Assembly: GCA_029977205.1 (NCBI GenBank)
Contig: JAPOLI010000001.1
Span: 35,540 to 99,539 of the forward strand
Source of the DNA: a bacterium
GTDB taxonomy: Bacteria > Actinomycetota > Thermoleophilia > Miltoncostaeales > Miltoncostaeaceae
Direction of reading: 5' to 3'
DNA: 64,000 bases
Below, piece after piece: positions 62,687-64,000 of this stretch. Both the position numbers and the translations under genes were made by a program. The notes under the pieces are model-generated. The model did no database searches and was not told the origin of the DNA. It was given only the letters and a program-made list of their open reading frames with translations. How positions within the stretch are numbered: position 1 is the first letter of the stretch; each line of letters begins with the position of its first letter.

Positions 62687-63663
62687 CGCTCCTCCTCGAT
62701 CCATCGGGCGGCATCGACGGCCGCGTACGTGATGACGATGTCAGCGCCCGCCCGCACGATCGCCGTCAGTGTCTCCATCATCGCCCGGCGCGCGTCGAGC
62801 CAGCCGCGCTCCGCGGCCGCGTGGATCATCGCGTACTCGCCACTCACGTGGTACGCGGCCAGCGGAAGGTCCGTGGCGGCCCGCACATCGCGGATGACGT
62901 CGAGGTAGGTCGCGGCGGGCTTGACCATCACCATGTCGGCGCCCTCGGCCACGTCCTCGCGCACCTCGCGCACCGCCTCGCGCGCATTCGGGGGGTCCAT
63001 CTGGTACCCGCGACGGTCGCCATGGCCCGGTGCGGAGCCCGCCGCCTCGCGGAACGGGCCGTAGAACGCCGAGGCGTACTTGGCCGAGTAGCTCATGATG
63101 GCCACGCCCTCGTGGCCGGCGTCGTCCAGCGCCTGCCGGATGGCCGCGACCCGACCATCCATCATGTCGCTCGGTGCCACGACATCGGCCCCGGCGTCGG
63201 CATGGCTCACCGCGGTGCGGGCGAGCACCTCGAGCGAGGGATCGTTGGCAACATCACCGTCGTCGTCGAGCAGGCCGCAGTGGCCGTGGTCGGTGTACGC
63301 GCACAGGCACACGTCGGTGATCACCACGAGATCGGGCACCGCGACCCGGAGGGCGCGCACCGCCTGCTGGACCACCCCGTCCTCCGCGTGGGCCGATGAG
63401 GCCACGGCATCCTTCTGATCGGTGACGCCGAAGAGCAGGACTCCGCCGATGCCCGCCTCGTACGCCGTGCGGGCCTCCTCCACCAGGAGGTCGGGCGAGA
63501 GCCGCGCGACCCCCGGCAGTGCGTCGACGGGCTGGCGCACCCCGACCCCCTCCACGGCGAACATGGGCAGCACGAGCTGCGATGGCCGTGGGACGGCCTC
63601 CCGGACCAGGCGGCGTATGCCCTCGGAACGGCGAAGCCTGCGGTGGCGCACGGCGGGGAACAC
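62683..63663 (-). CDS. hemB: Porphobilinogen synthase (delta-aminolevulinate dehydratase), Zn-type
   Basis: RRLRRSEGIRRLVRE, Cys-rich Zn site DVCLCAYTDHGHCG, active-site Lys residues in ...SYSAKYAS.FYGPFR and MVKPA. The start is taken at the GTG at 63663 (VFPAVRHRRLRR). The maximal ORF extends to 63702. Confidence 0.95.
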   Translation of the reverse strand: MFPAVRHRRLRRSEGIRRLVREAVPRPSQLVLPMFAVEGVGVRQPVDALPGVARLSPDLLVEEARTAYEAGIGGVLLFGVTDQKDAVASSAHAEDGVVQQAVRALRVAVPDLVVITDVCLCAYTDHGHCGLLDDDGDVANDPSLEVLARTAVSHADAGADVVAPSDMMDGRVAAIRQALDDAGHEGVAIMSYSAKYASAFYGPFREAAGSAPGHGDRRGYQMDPPNAREAVREVREDVAEGADMVMVKPAATYLDVIRDVRAATDLPLAAYHVSGEYAMIHAAAERGWLDARRAMMETLTAIVRAGADIVITYAAVDAARWIEEER

Positions 63664-63727
63664 CCCCGTCTGCGCGCCAGCCTGTGCGGTCGGTACCTCC
63701 ACGGCCCCCGAGTGTATCGTCGCTTTC

Positions 63728-64000
63728 GTGGCTCACGAGCCCCACCCGCCGGGCGCCGACGAGGCCGGGACGTCCATCATGGCGCTTCGCCGCGCGGGCC
63801 TCGCACCCGACCAGATGGTCCGCGGGTACCTCGGTGGCGCCTTCCCGATGGACGAGGCCGACGCCGTGGGACCCGTCGGGTGGTACCTGTCGGACCCGCG
63901 CGCGGTGATCCTGCCGGCCGAGGCCCGCGTGCCGGCATCGGTGCGCAGGGCGCTCAGGCGGCGCGGCTACGAGGTCCGGGTCGATACCGCGTTCGCCGAG
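63728..64000 (+). CDS. aat: Leucyl/phenylalanyl-tRNA--protein transferase, N-terminal part; runs off the window
   Basis: Hand translation gives ...MVRGYLGGAFPMDEADAVGPVGWYLSDPRAVILPAEARVPASVRRALRRRGYEVRVDTAFAE, which matches the Y..G.FPW ... W.SPDPR.V ... R.d.aF pattern of Aat. The start is the GTG at 63728 or the ATG at 63779. Confidence 0.75.
   Translation, partial: MAHEPHPPGADEAGTSIMALRRAGLAPDQMVRGYLGGAFPMDEADAVGPVGWYLSDPRAVILPAEARVPASVRRALRRRGYEVRVDTAFAE

Overview
This is a very GC-rich window (about 70% or more by eye, not computed). It is gene-dense and looks chromosomal, with about 75 protein genes and one tRNA-Lys. All calls come from reading the ORF translations and DNA by eye; no searches were run. 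Many ORF starts were moved downstream of the maximal ORF because 4-nt ATGA/GTGA start/stop overlaps mark the real junctions.

Gene content, in order:
- A partial F420/LLM-type oxidoreductase and otsA.
- A six-gene translationally coupled membrane glycosylation operon (pseudo-M28 membrane protein, GT2, GT4, MprF-type flippase-like protein, DUF2079, small membrane protein) that converges on a class A PBP with a Pro/Thr tail.
- A trxB-trxA-FmdB zinc ribbon-CsoR-like operon.
- Two MFS transporters, rlmN, an AhpE-like peroxiredoxin with a YciI-like protein, and hsp20-lon.
- A coupled htrA-GNAT-E1alpha-E1beta-E2-lipB operon.
- An OmpR/HK pair followed by an SDR and glycerate kinase.
- rmlA-rmlD-rmlB converging on a WbpA/WbpB/WbpD-like set plus wecB.
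- ccdA, a TerC-family gene, an RlpA-like gene, a DUF368 gene, tatA, dcd, and lipA with a rhodanese.
- A roughly 12 kb same-strand block that mixes tetrapyrrole genes (hemB, fused siroheme-decarboxylase-like gene, hemL), late and early futalosine-pathway menaquinone genes (UbiD, UbiX, polyprenyl synthase, MqnA, MqnC/E-type radical SAM) and a Bacillus-type qcrABC.

I see no CRISPR array, IS element, integrase, prophage or recognisable defence system. I cannot honestly point to a clear new system.

The most interesting things I can support are:
1. The glycosylation operon, which has a non-canonical flippase/transferase pairing.
2. A CsoR-family regulator that lacks the Cu-ligand His, is co-transcribed with the thioredoxin system, and sits near a duplicated C-tract+GGTATACCC motif in two nearby promoter regions.
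3. A roughly 185-bp palindrome between rlmN and the yciI-like gene that contains a perfect 26-bp inverted repeat.
4. Two small unannotatable ORFs inside the quinone/heme block. One looks like a truncated C-terminal piece of MqnC/E. The other looks like a DDxxD-less prenyl-synthase remnant.
5. A fused AhbA/AhbB-like gene between hemB and hemL.

The taxonomic guess (a deep-branching Actinomycetota-like organism) is inference only.
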